Below, piece by piece: positions 10,901 to 19,363 of a stretch of DNA of 64,000 nucleotides (position 1 is the first letter of the stretch; every line of letters begins with the position of its first letter). Origin of the DNA: an uncultured Actinomycetota bacterium. GTDB taxonomy: Bacteria > Actinomycetota > Humimicrobiia > Humimicrobiales > Humimicrobiaceae. The translations under genes were made by a program, and so were the position numbers. The notes under the pieces are model-generated. The model ran no database searches, was not told the origin of the DNA, and was given only the letters and a program-made list of their open reading frames with translations. The stretch is taken from positions 4,576 through 68,575 of the forward strand of contig CAYZUS010000009.1 of assembly GCA_964481885.1 (NCBI GenBank). Direction: 5' to 3'.

Positions 10901-11041
10901 AACTGGAAACTTTTTCTGTAGGGGGATAACCGACTCATTATCACAGAATGATTTAATTGTTGAATGTATTTCGTTTTGTCCGGCTCCAGGTCCTTTTGAT
11001 TTATCTGAGTCCGGAAAAGTTTTTTCTTTTTTCTTTTTCAA
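7934..11041 (-). CDS. CheB methylesterase - CheR methyltransferase - PAS fusion protein
   Basis: CheB catalytic region (VVCIGASAGGLAALE…). CheR SAM-methyltransferase region (…SFFRDPVEF…IWVPGCSTGEEAYSIAM…). A coiled coil and PAS/PAC repeats follow. Its stop lies 3 nt before the start of the downstream hybrid kinase, so the two are likely co-transcribed. Confidence 0.9.
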   Translation of the reverse strand: MKKKKEKTFPDSDKSKGPGAGQNEIHSTIKSFCDNESVIPLQKKFPVVCIGASAGGLAALEAFFSAMPTDIDTGMAFIVVQHWHTDRQSILGRLIANYTQMKVFEITDGIIVEPNCIYIIPPNYDLAFMNGTLQLLEPILTRGSHLPIDFVFCSLAQEYRDNAACIVLSGAGMDGTLGAQAVKKEGGLVMAQSIESAENAGMPQSVIAAGLADYALSPAEMPYSLISYFGRKHGTIVKNHAQRNFKEKDSYLKIFLLLRSQVGYDFSHYKKSNIDNRIARRLEINRIEDLDGYVKFLQRDPLEIESLFHDFLIGVTSFFRDPVEFEVLGTTVIPRLFDNKDSEEPVRIWVPGCSTGEEAYSIAMLICEHMWSLKKSFKVQIFATDIDERALETARTRVFPIEIAKDMPQNLLKRYFTIEPDGFSYRITKQIRDILIFSKHSIVKDPPFSRMDLISCRNVLIYLDETLQKTVISQFHYSLNPDGFLFLGTSENVSNFTDLFRIHDSRSKIYIRNERSNTYYHTLRDLKHSAIPGKNTMIDFTQMSDENKLALQKIAERTIFEHFDSSGAIINEKGEILYLYGHPGMFLEIIPGKFDANISNMLNKSLKAELYLALHRSFTCKETVNITGLNVENSGENITVNLCVRQIQKDLNPEQLPNLMLVIFEKVSNADQKHSGKASRIKLQKVSDDENETKILMLLEKLRNTEEYPLYTKEEMETSYEELQSSNEEIQSVRNDLQSANDDLETLKGAMQSANFELSIVNTERKASLTGLSGLKNDINNLLFNYGLCFVFVDYQLKIRWFSSGIGTVINLVQSDIGRHIGDMAPALLTYNRIQQDTQEVLDTMIPKEVEVMNRKENWYLMRISPCFNLENSADGAVIAFLDITENRKMRERAGEIERIYGEVFEHSFPAMSVFEIVSDKNGTPLNFVFTEVNKAFEKQMSLGASEVRGKCLTEVYPDLVGTNFIKICNIVAVTDESASCNQHFELTGRTFSVYIFKICKNKIAVTYNSTDNTKNNEETYSLLGKGILKSQEGV

Positions 11042-11905
11042 TCTTTTATGCTCACGGGATTAAAATGACTCGAAAAAATAAGAGTAACCCGTAAAGACTC
11101 CCGCTCTTGTTATTTATTTCATTTTGAGATCTTGGGCAAATTCAACTATATCCAACAATATTTTAATTCTTTTGGCTATGATTAAATTCTTCCAGTATTC
11201 TATAAATAATGGTAACAAAAAATCGTTCTCACTACTGCAGGGGCCCCATCATCAGGATTTTTATGTTAAGAAATACAAAACTATCGTGAATCATAACCCC
11301 TGAAAATGGTATCTGCAACACTCCTCATAATATATTCCATAAATCCTGTAATTACAAATTTTTACCATTGTTGCAGCTTTTATGATTTTGTTAATAATTA
11401 CCCTTTCCGTTACTTTAGTTACTTGATTTTCTATTGCTTTTTTATCATTTGCAAACCGTTCTTGTTTTTTTGGATACTTATTCTGAACTAAACAGTTAAA
11501 TAATCAAGTATAGGGCAATCCTTAAAAGAGAGATTCATCTCGGCCCTCCCGGGAAGTATTGATAGCGAAAGTGGTTTAAATTTAAAAGAAGAAAACGGCA
11601 GGTCAAGACATCGCCCGGTAATATTCAGGACATAAAACTCGTTAATGCCAGAATTAAGTAAAAGATTTTACGTGGATTTTACATTACTACTCTTTATTTT
11701 TACATTGATTTATTAAACTTATTAAATAAATATATTACATATTTTTGATTCAGTGATTACAGTTAAAACAAGCGGTTGGAGCAGTGGGAAAGCTGACTGG
11801 AGAAAAGGCTTGCAAATGTACTGGTCGCAATAATATATAAGTTTAATAAGGTATATTTAGAATTTTTATAAAATTATCAAAAAGTTAATTGAAAAGGGGA
11901 ATCTA

Positions 11906-12106
11906 ATGGAAACAAATTATACCGTAGTAGACACGAATAATCTGCGTCTCAATCTGACAAAATACCTAAAAGACAATAAAGGTAATACCATATTGTTTAC
12001 ACATTACAACAGATTGGTTGGAGAAATATCATTTTATAACGAAGATTCAAGAGTTGAAAAAGAGCTGCAGCTGCTGCAGAGGCTGATCAAGGATCGCTCC
12101 AAATAG
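11906..12106 (+). CDS. Small hypothetical protein (66 aa)
   Basis: The only ORF in a 1.7-kb gap with a good SD (AAAGGGGA, 8 nt upstream). A strong terminator follows 165 nt downstream. No homology is recognisable. Confidence 0.3.
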   Translation: METNYTVVDTNNLRLNLTKYLKDNKGNTILFTHYNRLVGEISFYNEDSRVEKELQLLQRLIKDRSK

Positions 12107-12269
12107 GCAGCAAATCAGTTTGTGACTTTTCAGTGAGCGAGATAACACTTTGGTGTATGCATTGTAAGTTATAATATGCAATCAGAACCTGTCTACTGGC
12201 ACTGACTGGATATTGACCAGGCAAAGAATTGTGATTATGAGGGTCTGCCTGTAAAACTTTTATTTATAT

Positions 12270-12312
12270 AAAAAGCCTGGACAGGCATTAATACTGTTCA
12301 GGCTTTTTATAT
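12270..12312. terminator. Bidirectional intrinsic terminator (long AT-flanked palindrome)
   Basis: tatataaaaAGCCTGGACAGgcattaatACTGTTCAGGCTttttatata. It has an 11-bp stem with an A-run before it and a T-run after it, so it can act on either strand. Confidence 0.55.
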
Positions 12313-12551
12313 AAATCAGGCATTTGAACAGAATTTATTATTTCCCCATTTTCCAGGCTTGAGTTTGCCGCATAATTTCAGCTTGTTTTTAAAAATTGTT
12401 AAAATTTTAATCAGGTGTTATTAAACATTTGTATTATCCGGAGTCAGCGCAATGAAACGCTTTGGTCCAGATTATCTTTCCACCCTATCAGTCATCTGAT
12501 AATAACTATTATGACTAAATCATTAATATATAATATATTTTTTTTAGAAGT

Positions 12552-12643
12552 TTAAAGCAGGAATATTTAATCAGTTAAAGCAGGAATATTTAATTAGTTA
12601 AAGCAGGAATATTTAATCAGTTAAAGCAGGAATATTTAATCAG
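12552..12643. repeat. Four tandem 23-bp direct repeats (TTAAAGCAGGAATATTTAATCAG)
   Basis: Four head-to-tail copies. Three are identical and one has a single C>T change. They lie 95 bp beyond the stop of the OmpR-family regulator gene. Confidence 0.95.
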
Positions 12644-12739
12644 GCAATATTTGGCAACAAAAAACACATAAAGCCTTTTATAGCCCGGGATATTTAAATG
12701 GAAAGAATATATGTCCTGAAAGCAGTGTCTTTATGATTT

Positions 12740-13441
12740 CTATATATTGAACTTGTACCCTATGCCTCGAACGGTTTCAATGAATTTATGCTCTTCGTCA
12801 TGGATTTTTTCCCTTAGCATCCTTATATGCACATCAATGGTACGCGTATCAATAGTGGAGTTAAAATACCAGACTTTATTTAATATTTCATCCCTGGTAA
12901 AGATAATATTGGGATTAGCAAGAAAAAGTGAAAGAAGATAAAATTCTTTTGCAGTTAATTTTATGAATTCCCCATTTCTTATGAGCTGCTTGGAAGAATA
13001 ATCAAATTCATTTTCCCCAAATTTGATTGTTTCTGAATCGTAATTGCTGTTAAATTTCTTTTTGGAAATATTGGCCTTTATTCGGGCCACGAGCTCCCTT
13101 TTTCGAAAAGGTTTTATAATGTAATCATCGGCTCCAAATTCAAATCCTATAACTATGTCGATTTCCTCTTCTCTTCCGCTGATTATCAAAATTGAAATAT
13201 GGTTATATAATGGGTTTTTATAAATATCTTTTAATATATTGATGCCATCCATATCGGGGAGACTTAAATCCAATAAAAGTGCATCGATATGCTGATCTTT
13301 TAAAATACTTAAGCCATCTTTTCCATTATATGCGACCAGCGTGCTGAAACCTTCTTTTTCCAGTAATATTTTTAAAAATTCCGCACTAACGTTGTCGTCC
13401 TCGATAATGAGTATCTTTTGTTTTATATTAGCTTTTGCCAT
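12740..13441 (-). CDS. OmpR/PhoB-family response regulator (REC plus winged-helix trans_reg_C)
   Basis: N-terminal receiver (LIIEDD…LLLDLSLPDMDG…). C-terminal winged helix (…LTAKEFYLLSLF…TRDEILNKVW…RTIDVHIRMLREKI…GYKF). Confidence 0.9.
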   Translation of the reverse strand: MAKANIKQKILIIEDDNVSAEFLKILLEKEGFSTLVAYNGKDGLSILKDQHIDALLLDLSLPDMDGINILKDIYKNPLYNHISILIISGREEEIDIVIGFEFGADDYIIKPFRKRELVARIKANISKKKFNSNYDSETIKFGENEFDYSSKQLIRNGEFIKLTAKEFYLLSLFLANPNIIFTRDEILNKVWYFNSTIDTRTIDVHIRMLREKIHDEEHKFIETVRGIGYKFNI

Positions 13442-13538
13442 TTTGGTAAAAATTCATTTCCTGATTATTAACTGTTGCGCCAAAATAAAAAAACAGCGAG
13501 CGAACCTGATTTCTAGATAGTCAGAGTATAGCAGTAAA

Positions 13539-16500
13539 TCAATTATTAAAAAACCCATTAATTAATTTTTCAATTTTTTTAATGGATTTTCCAAAATTTT
13601 TGTCATCTCCATTTTCGATAAACTTTTCAGCTGTTTTGGCCTCCTTAAAAATAGTCATTGCGCCAATATTACCCGCTGAACCTTTTAACTTGTGCAAATA
13701 AAAACTTGCATCTTTAATTTGGTCCATCTTAATATAACTTTTTATTTCACTCAGTATACTGCCTGCCTGTTCAACAAACATCAGCAAAATTTTTTCGCCA
13801 GTTTTTTTATCAAATCCCATTTTTGTAATAAAACTACCCGGGTTTTTATCAGGCTTTGTATCTTCATTTAATTTGCCGGAGTTTTTTACTGAACCGTTTA
13901 AATGCTGGTCTATTTTATCTTTAAAGGCCACCAAGCCTACGGGTTTGCAAATAAAATCATCCATTCCTGCATCAAGGAACATATTTATGTAAGGTTTGGC
14001 TGTGTGTGCAGTAAGGGCAATTATGGGCACATAATCCTTTTCTGACTTGAGAACTCGTATTTGCCTTGCAGCATCCAGCCCATTCATAACCGGCATCTGA
14101 CAGTCCAAAAACACAAGGTCGTAAGCGTTTTCCTTAAATGTTTTTACGGCTTCAGCTCCGTTTCTGGCCAAATCACAATTGATTCCAATTTTTTTTAGCA
14201 TTTCCAGGAATAAAATCCCGTTGAGTTCATCGTCTTCTGCAAGAAGAACTCTTGGACCATCAATCAAACTGTTGGCAGGATTAGCGTTTTCAAGATACAT
14301 AACTTCCTGAAATACTTTGGTGCCTTCAGTCAGTTTATTTTCTTTAAATTTTTTAAAGCTTAAAGTAAAAGAGACTTTGGTCCCACTATTTTTTTTACTT
14401 TCAAGCAAAATACTTCCCCCCATTGCCTTCACGATTGATTTGGAAATATAAAGACCCAATCCCAGGATTCCATTTGACCGGCCAAAAATATTTTCCTCTT
14501 CCTGTGTAAAAAGGTTAAATACTCTTTTACACAATTTTTCAGTCATTCCTATTCCGCTATCCGAAACTGAACAACAAAGGACAATATCAGAGTCATTCTG
14601 GCTTTCAATAATAATATTTACAGAGATAAAACCTTCAATTGTGAATTTGATGGAGTTATCAATCAGATTTGTAAATATCTGCTGTAACTTTAGAGGATCA
14701 CCGATTAGAAATTCAGGAATACCGGGTTCAGTGAAATTTTTAAACTCTAGACCTTTGTTTTCTATTTTATTTATTGAGTATTCAAACGCATTGTTAACAG
14801 TCTCTCTAAAATCAAATATTTTTTTGTCAATTATTAGTTTGTTGGCTTCTATTTTTTCAACATCAAAAACTCTGTCAACCAGAACCCTGAGTATGTCGGC
14901 GGCGTATCTGACTTTTGATAAACTGTTTAGCTGTTCAGCTGTCAGCTCAGTCAATGAAAATAAGTCCAGATAGCCCTGAATTATGCTTAATGGTGTCTTT
15001 ATTTCATGGCTCACAATATTCAAAAAGATATTTTTTTTATTGTTTGCCAAACGAGCAAGGTTCGTGGCATTCAGGGCTTCTTCTTCAACCCTTAGTCTGA
15101 TAATAGTGTTGGATATAGTAGTGGACAGAATATTCAAAATCGATATTTCATCTTTGGACCAATTTCTTTTTTTACGTACCGAATCAAACCCAAAAAAACC
15201 AAGGGTCTTTGATTTATAAATCAGAGGCACCGCCAGAAGAGACTTAATAGACTGGCTTTTTAACCACTCTTTCTCATTTTCTGCTTCAGGGGGGAGCTCT
15301 TCGATATTATTTATCTTTATGATCTCAAATTTTTTCAGTTTGGGAATCCACCATGGCATGTCTTTTGTTAAACTATCCTGCTGATTATTTTTTTGCGGTT
15401 CAATCTTATCGGCACACCACTCATTTACCTTAGACATGTAAATCTCATCATCCGAAAATAAAAATATATATGCCCTATCCAGCGAAAAAAGCTTTCCGGA
15501 TACTCCAAGAAGATGGTTTATATTTTTATCCAGATTTTTAAAACTAAGATCGGCCATACTGGAAAGCCATTTTGCTAATTTTTTATATGACAGTTCTTCT
15601 TTTTTACTGATATTTCCCGGCTTCATGCTTGTCGTCGGATCAGACATTACTATTAAAAAGCATTTTTCGAGTTTTGTTCCTATTGTTCCGCCCGAAAATG
15701 CGCCAGTGATATTTTTTCCATTTTTACCTTTTATATCTAATACTTCCCCGGTTATTCTGCCTTCCTTTTTCAATTTGGCAATAAATGCTTGTTGCTTTTC
15801 ACTGTCTGCAAACAGGCCCAATTTGGAAGCTGTCTTTCCAGCTATTTCTGATTTTTTGAATCCTGATATTTTTAAAAAAGCTTCATTAACATCAATAATC
15901 TCTTCTGTTTTAATATTGCTTAATATCATCGGCTCCGGGTTATGGTCGAACACTTCTTTAAATTTATCCAGGCTTGCCTGCTGAGCTGTCAGATCCCTGG
16001 ATATTCCATAAAGACAGTCACTATGACCCCATTTGCCATACCACATATGGGTTTTAACCGGTATGGTGCTGCCATCTTTTTTAATTAATGGAATGGTATA
16101 ATAAGTCGTTTCTCCTCTTGTTATTTCACCTATTACTTTTTTGGCATCTTTCCTGATTCCGATTGGATACAAATCCAATAAATCCATTTTTAGCAGTTCA
16201 CTTGTTCTGTACCCTAATTTTATCCTGGCTGCCTGGTTAAAGAAGACTATTCTTCCTTGAGTATCAGCGATTATTATAAAATCATCTGTATTGTTAAAAA
16301 ACTGCAAAAAGTTTTCCTTATTCTTGTCCAGCAAATCCTTAACTTCCATGTTACCTGTAATATCCCTGGCTGAGGCATACATCAGATCATTCCAAAGATA
16401 TAAGCTCCACTCCAGGTATTTGTATGTGCCATCTTTACTTTTACAACGATTAATATAATTTAAAATCTTGTTTTGTTTTTCCAGTTTTAAAATTGCATCG

Positions 16501-16700
16501 TAAGTAACCTGATAATAATCCGGATGTGTCAAATCCAGAAACTTTCTTTGTTCAAGTTCAGAAACTGAATAGCCTAAAACTTTTTCCCAGCCTTTATTTA
16601 CTTTTATAATGCGGCCCTTTAAATCAGCAATACAAAATAAATCCGATGTCGCTTCAAAAAACTGATTTAAGCCAGCTGAATATTCTTTCAATAAATCCAT
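13539..16700 (-). CDS. Hybrid sensor histidine kinase (multiple PAS/GAF domains, HisKA, HATPase_c, receiver and Hpt)
   Basis: H-box VSHEIKTPLSIIQGY. N/G boxes (…NLIDNSIKFT…DSGIGM…GLGLYISK). REC domain (VLLAEDDELN…FLDCQMPVMNG). C-terminal Hpt (…LHKLKGSAGNIGA…). It is followed on the same strand by the response regulator at 12740. Confidence 0.9.
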   Translation of the reverse strand: MDLLKEYSAGLNQFFEATSDLFCIADLKGRIIKVNKGWEKVLGYSVSELEQRKFLDLTHPDYYQVTYDAILKLEKQNKILNYINRCKSKDGTYKYLEWSLYLWNDLMYASARDITGNMEVKDLLDKNKENFLQFFNNTDDFIIIADTQGRIVFFNQAARIKLGYRTSELLKMDLLDLYPIGIRKDAKKVIGEITRGETTYYTIPLIKKDGSTIPVKTHMWYGKWGHSDCLYGISRDLTAQQASLDKFKEVFDHNPEPMILSNIKTEEIIDVNEAFLKISGFKKSEIAGKTASKLGLFADSEKQQAFIAKLKKEGRITGEVLDIKGKNGKNITGAFSGGTIGTKLEKCFLIVMSDPTTSMKPGNISKKEELSYKKLAKWLSSMADLSFKNLDKNINHLLGVSGKLFSLDRAYIFLFSDDEIYMSKVNEWCADKIEPQKNNQQDSLTKDMPWWIPKLKKFEIIKINNIEELPPEAENEKEWLKSQSIKSLLAVPLIYKSKTLGFFGFDSVRKKRNWSKDEISILNILSTTISNTIIRLRVEEEALNATNLARLANNKKNIFLNIVSHEIKTPLSIIQGYLDLFSLTELTAEQLNSLSKVRYAADILRVLVDRVFDVEKIEANKLIIDKKIFDFRETVNNAFEYSINKIENKGLEFKNFTEPGIPEFLIGDPLKLQQIFTNLIDNSIKFTIEGFISVNIIIESQNDSDIVLCCSVSDSGIGMTEKLCKRVFNLFTQEEENIFGRSNGILGLGLYISKSIVKAMGGSILLESKKNSGTKVSFTLSFKKFKENKLTEGTKVFQEVMYLENANPANSLIDGPRVLLAEDDELNGILFLEMLKKIGINCDLARNGAEAVKTFKENAYDLVFLDCQMPVMNGLDAARQIRVLKSEKDYVPIIALTAHTAKPYINMFLDAGMDDFICKPVGLVAFKDKIDQHLNGSVKNSGKLNEDTKPDKNPGSFITKMGFDKKTGEKILLMFVEQAGSILSEIKSYIKMDQIKDASFYLHKLKGSAGNIGAMTIFKEAKTAEKFIENGDDKNFGKSIKKIEKLINGFFNN

Positions 16701-16828
16701 AAGTAAAACCTTTTTACTTTTCTTATATGGTTCGAATAGCCATATAATCGTATAGTTCTTATATGTTTAAATTAAGCATATAAATTTTTTTAAAATGCCC
16801 GTGGATAGGCCGCGTGTCAATAATTCGT

Positions 16829-16948
16829 CTAGCCTGCCGGCACTGCAAATCTTCTTTTGGCCTGCCGGCATTTCAATGTTTCTTTTGATCCACCGGCACT
16901 ATAAATCTTCTTTCGGCCTCTTTTGGCCTGCCAGGTAATTTATCGTTT
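16829..16948. repeat. Degenerate array of about four 28-bp tandem iterons, each containing a TGCCGGCA / CACCGGCA core
   Basis: ctagCCTGCCGGCActgcaaatcttctt / ttggCCTGCCGGCAtttcaatgtttctt / ttgatCCACCGGCActataaatcttctt / ttggCCTGCCAGGtaatttatcgttt. The array lies immediately 3' of bactofilin copy 1. Confidence 0.8.
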
Positions 16949-16954
16949 ATGATC

Positions 16955-17317
16955 TCATTTAATCTTTGCGCTATCGTCTATTCTTACTACACTTCCAGAG
17001 AATATTCCTCCACGATTAATAATCAGGGAATCGGTCTTTACGCTTCCGCTTAAAACACCTGTGTCATTTATTATAACTGCCCCACTGGCTGCCATATTTC
17101 CATCATACTTGCCAATTATTTCCGCATCTACTGTATTTACGTCAGCATTCACATAACCATTTTTTTGTATCGTGAGCTTTCCGTCGATTTCAAGGGTGCC
17201 TCTTACTTCGCAGTCAATTTCCAGTGAGTGCGATACTTTGAATTTGCCCTCAATGGTAGCTGACTCTCCTACGATAGTTAAAAGCACTCTTTCTTTTGAA
17301 TATTCAATTTCTTCCAT
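16955..17317 (-). CDS. Bactofilin family protein (copy 1 of the tandem duplicate)
   Basis: The ORF extends to 17332. The second ATG at 17317 is the likely start because the first ATG, ATGGAGGTAG, itself forms the SD. The product is a 120-aa bactofilin-like beta-helical sequence. Confidence 0.75.
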   Translation of the reverse strand: MEEIEYSKERVLLTIVGESATIEGKFKVSHSLEIDCEVRGTLEIDGKLTIQKNGYVNADVNTVDAEIIGKYDGNMAASGAVIINDTGVLSGSVKTDSLIINRGGIFSGSVVRIDDSAKIK

Positions 17318-17500
17318 TTTTTCTACCTCCATAGAGTTATTGTTTTTTTGTTTTTTACGTTACTGTGCCTATTTAATATATAAGAATATTATTATGATAA
17401 TGTGATGAAATATTAAAGTTCTGTAAATTTTTTTTATTTTTACTTAAAGAATAATACCCCTTTTTAAAACTGCTGCTGAAATTATTTCAGGATATAAGCT

Positions 17501-17628
17501 TCAATAATTCAATGTTTCTATTGGCCTGCCGGCACTTCAATGTTTCTATTGGCACACCGGCATTTCAATGTTTCTATTGGCACACCGGCATTTCAATGTT
17601 TCTATTGGCACGCCAGGTAATTTATCGT
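17501..17628. repeat. About 4.5 tandem 28-bp iterons (TTGGCACACCGGCATTTCAATGTTTCTA), with a palindromic TGCCGGCA in the first unit
   Basis: Units start at 17521, 17549, 17577 and 17605 (partial), plus a partial unit at 17501. They lie between the two duplicated bactofilin genes, 3' of copy 2. Confidence 0.95.
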
Positions 17629-17636
17629 TAATGATC

Positions 17637-17999
17637 TCATTTACTCTTTGCGCTCTCGTCTATTCTTACTACACTTCCAGAGAATATTCCTCCACGATTA
17701 ATAATCAGGGAATCGGTCTTTACGCTTCCGCTTAAAACACCTGTGTCATTTATTATAACTGCCCCACTGGCTGCCATATTTCCATCATACTTGCCAATTA
17801 TTTCCGCATCTACTGTATTTACGTCAGCATTCACATAACCATTTTTTTGTATCGTGAGCTTTCCGTCGATTTCAAGGGTGCCTCTTACTTCGCAGTCAAT
17901 TTCCAGTGAGTGCGATACTTTGAATTTGCCCTCAATGGTAGCTGACTCTCCTACGATAGTTAAAAGCACTCTTTCTTTTGAATATTCAATTTCTTCCAT
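17637..17999 (-). CDS. Bactofilin family protein (copy 2 of the tandem duplicate)
   Basis: Identical to copy 1 apart from C-terminal residues. The same internal-SD start logic applies (ORF to 18014). Confidence 0.75.
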   Translation of the reverse strand: MEEIEYSKERVLLTIVGESATIEGKFKVSHSLEIDCEVRGTLEIDGKLTIQKNGYVNADVNTVDAEIIGKYDGNMAASGAVIINDTGVLSGSVKTDSLIINRGGIFSGSVVRIDESAKSK

Positions 18000-18556
18000 T
18001 TTTTCTACCTCCATAGAGTTATTGTTTTTTTGTTTTTTACGTTACTGTGCCTATTTAATATATAAGAATATTATTATGATAATGTGATGAAATATTAAAG
18101 TTCTGTAAATTTTTTTTATTTTTACTTAAAGAATAATACCCTTTTTAAAACTGCTGCTGAAATTATTTCAGGATATAAGCTTCAATAATTCTTAATATTA
18201 TCCAAAGTGTAAGATACTTCAAAGCTGCCGGGGCGAAAAATAAACCATTAATAATTTCTTTACTAATGCCATTTTTTATCTTCAACACTAGCTGTGTCTC
18301 CTATTTTTCAGGCACTGTGGCTTTGGCAAGCACTGCTTATCATTAAAATTTAACGGCGTTTGCAGATGGCAAAATCTTTACTATATTAAAAAAATATACG
18401 CAAATATAAAAAACAGTCAATTTTTCACGAAAAATATTTTTATTTTACATTTCCTTAATATTCCAACATATATTCTTAATATTCATTTAATATACTGTTC
18501 AACAGGTGATTCTACTAAGAAATATTATTAAAAATCACAATAAAGGAGAAAGTAAA

Positions 18557-19363
18557 ATGTTAAGCGAAGACGAAAAATTGATATTCAGCGACGGAGAAAG
18601 AACAATATTTAATGACGGAGAAAAAACAATATTTAACGAGGTTCAAAGAAAGATGTTTGGTGCGTTGGACAGAACAGTTTTTGGCGAAGTTGAAAGAACC
18701 GTTTTTGGCGAAGTTAACAAAACCGTTTTTACTGAAACTAAGAAACCTGTTTTTACGGAAACCATAACTCCAGTTTTTACGGAACACATAACTCCAGTTT
18801 TTACTGAAACCGCAATTGCTGATCCTTCAAAAGTTAAAGTGCTCTTAACTATTGTAGGAGAGTCTGCATCAATTGATGGAATATTTAAAGTATCTAACTC
18901 ATTGGAAATAGACTGCGAAGTAAAGGGCGTCCTGGAAGTTGACGGAAAGCTCAAGATACAAAAAAATGGTCGTGTCAATGCTGATGTGACAACCGTAGAT
19001 GCTGAAATAATCGGCAAATATGAAGGAAATATGGTAGCCAGCGGAACTGTTATTATAAACGAAACTGGTGTTTTAAGCGGAAATGTCAGGACCGATTCCC
19101 TGATTATTAATAAGGGCGGAGTATTCTCAGGAACTGTGGTAAGAATCAATGAACTAAGCGATGACAAATCAATAATTATGTTAAAAAAGGTTTTTGCTCT
19201 GGAGGAAGCAAAGAAAAAATCACAGGTGGTTTCTGTGTTGGTTAACCCTCTGTTAAAAAATGCAGTATCCGGCAATAATGGCGGAAAAAATAATGGCGGC
19301 AACAATAATGGCGGAAAAAATAATGGCGGAAAAAGCAGTGCAAATGTTTTGTTGTATCAATAA
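18557..19363 (+). CDS. Bactofilin paralogue with repetitive N- and C-terminal tails
   Basis: Start at 18557, preceded by AAAGGAG (the ORF opens at 18506). The N-terminus has about nine tandem 8-9-aa repeats (xT[IV]F[NGT][DE]xx). The central bactofilin core is …KVLLTIVGESASIDGIFKVSNSLEIDCEVKGVLEVDGKLKIQKNGRVNADV…. The C-terminus has NNGGK repeats. Confidence 0.75.
   Translation: MLSEDEKLIFSDGERTIFNDGEKTIFNEVQRKMFGALDRTVFGEVERTVFGEVNKTVFTETKKPVFTETITPVFTEHITPVFTETAIADPSKVKVLLTIVGESASIDGIFKVSNSLEIDCEVKGVLEVDGKLKIQKNGRVNADVTTVDAEIIGKYEGNMVASGTVIINETGVLSGNVRTDSLIINKGGVFSGTVVRINELSDDKSIIMLKKVFALEEAKKKSQVVSVLVNPLLKNAVSGNNGGKNNGGNNNGGKNNGGKSSANVLLYQ

Larger units (their letters stand above)
16934..18192. 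repeat. Tandem segmental duplication (two units of about 570 bp, >97% identical), each carrying a bactofilin gene and its upstream region
   Basis: 16934-17510 and 17616-18192 are near-identical. The encoded proteins differ only at the last residues (…RIDDSAKIK vs …RIDESAKSK). Confidence 0.9.

Noticed and set aside
16829-17628. Possible CRISPR array, suggested by the 28-bp direct repeats with partial dyad symmetry
   Set aside because: The repeats are strictly head-to-tail with no intervening spacers. There are only 3-4.5 units per block and no cas genes nearby. They are tandem iterons, not a CRISPR array.
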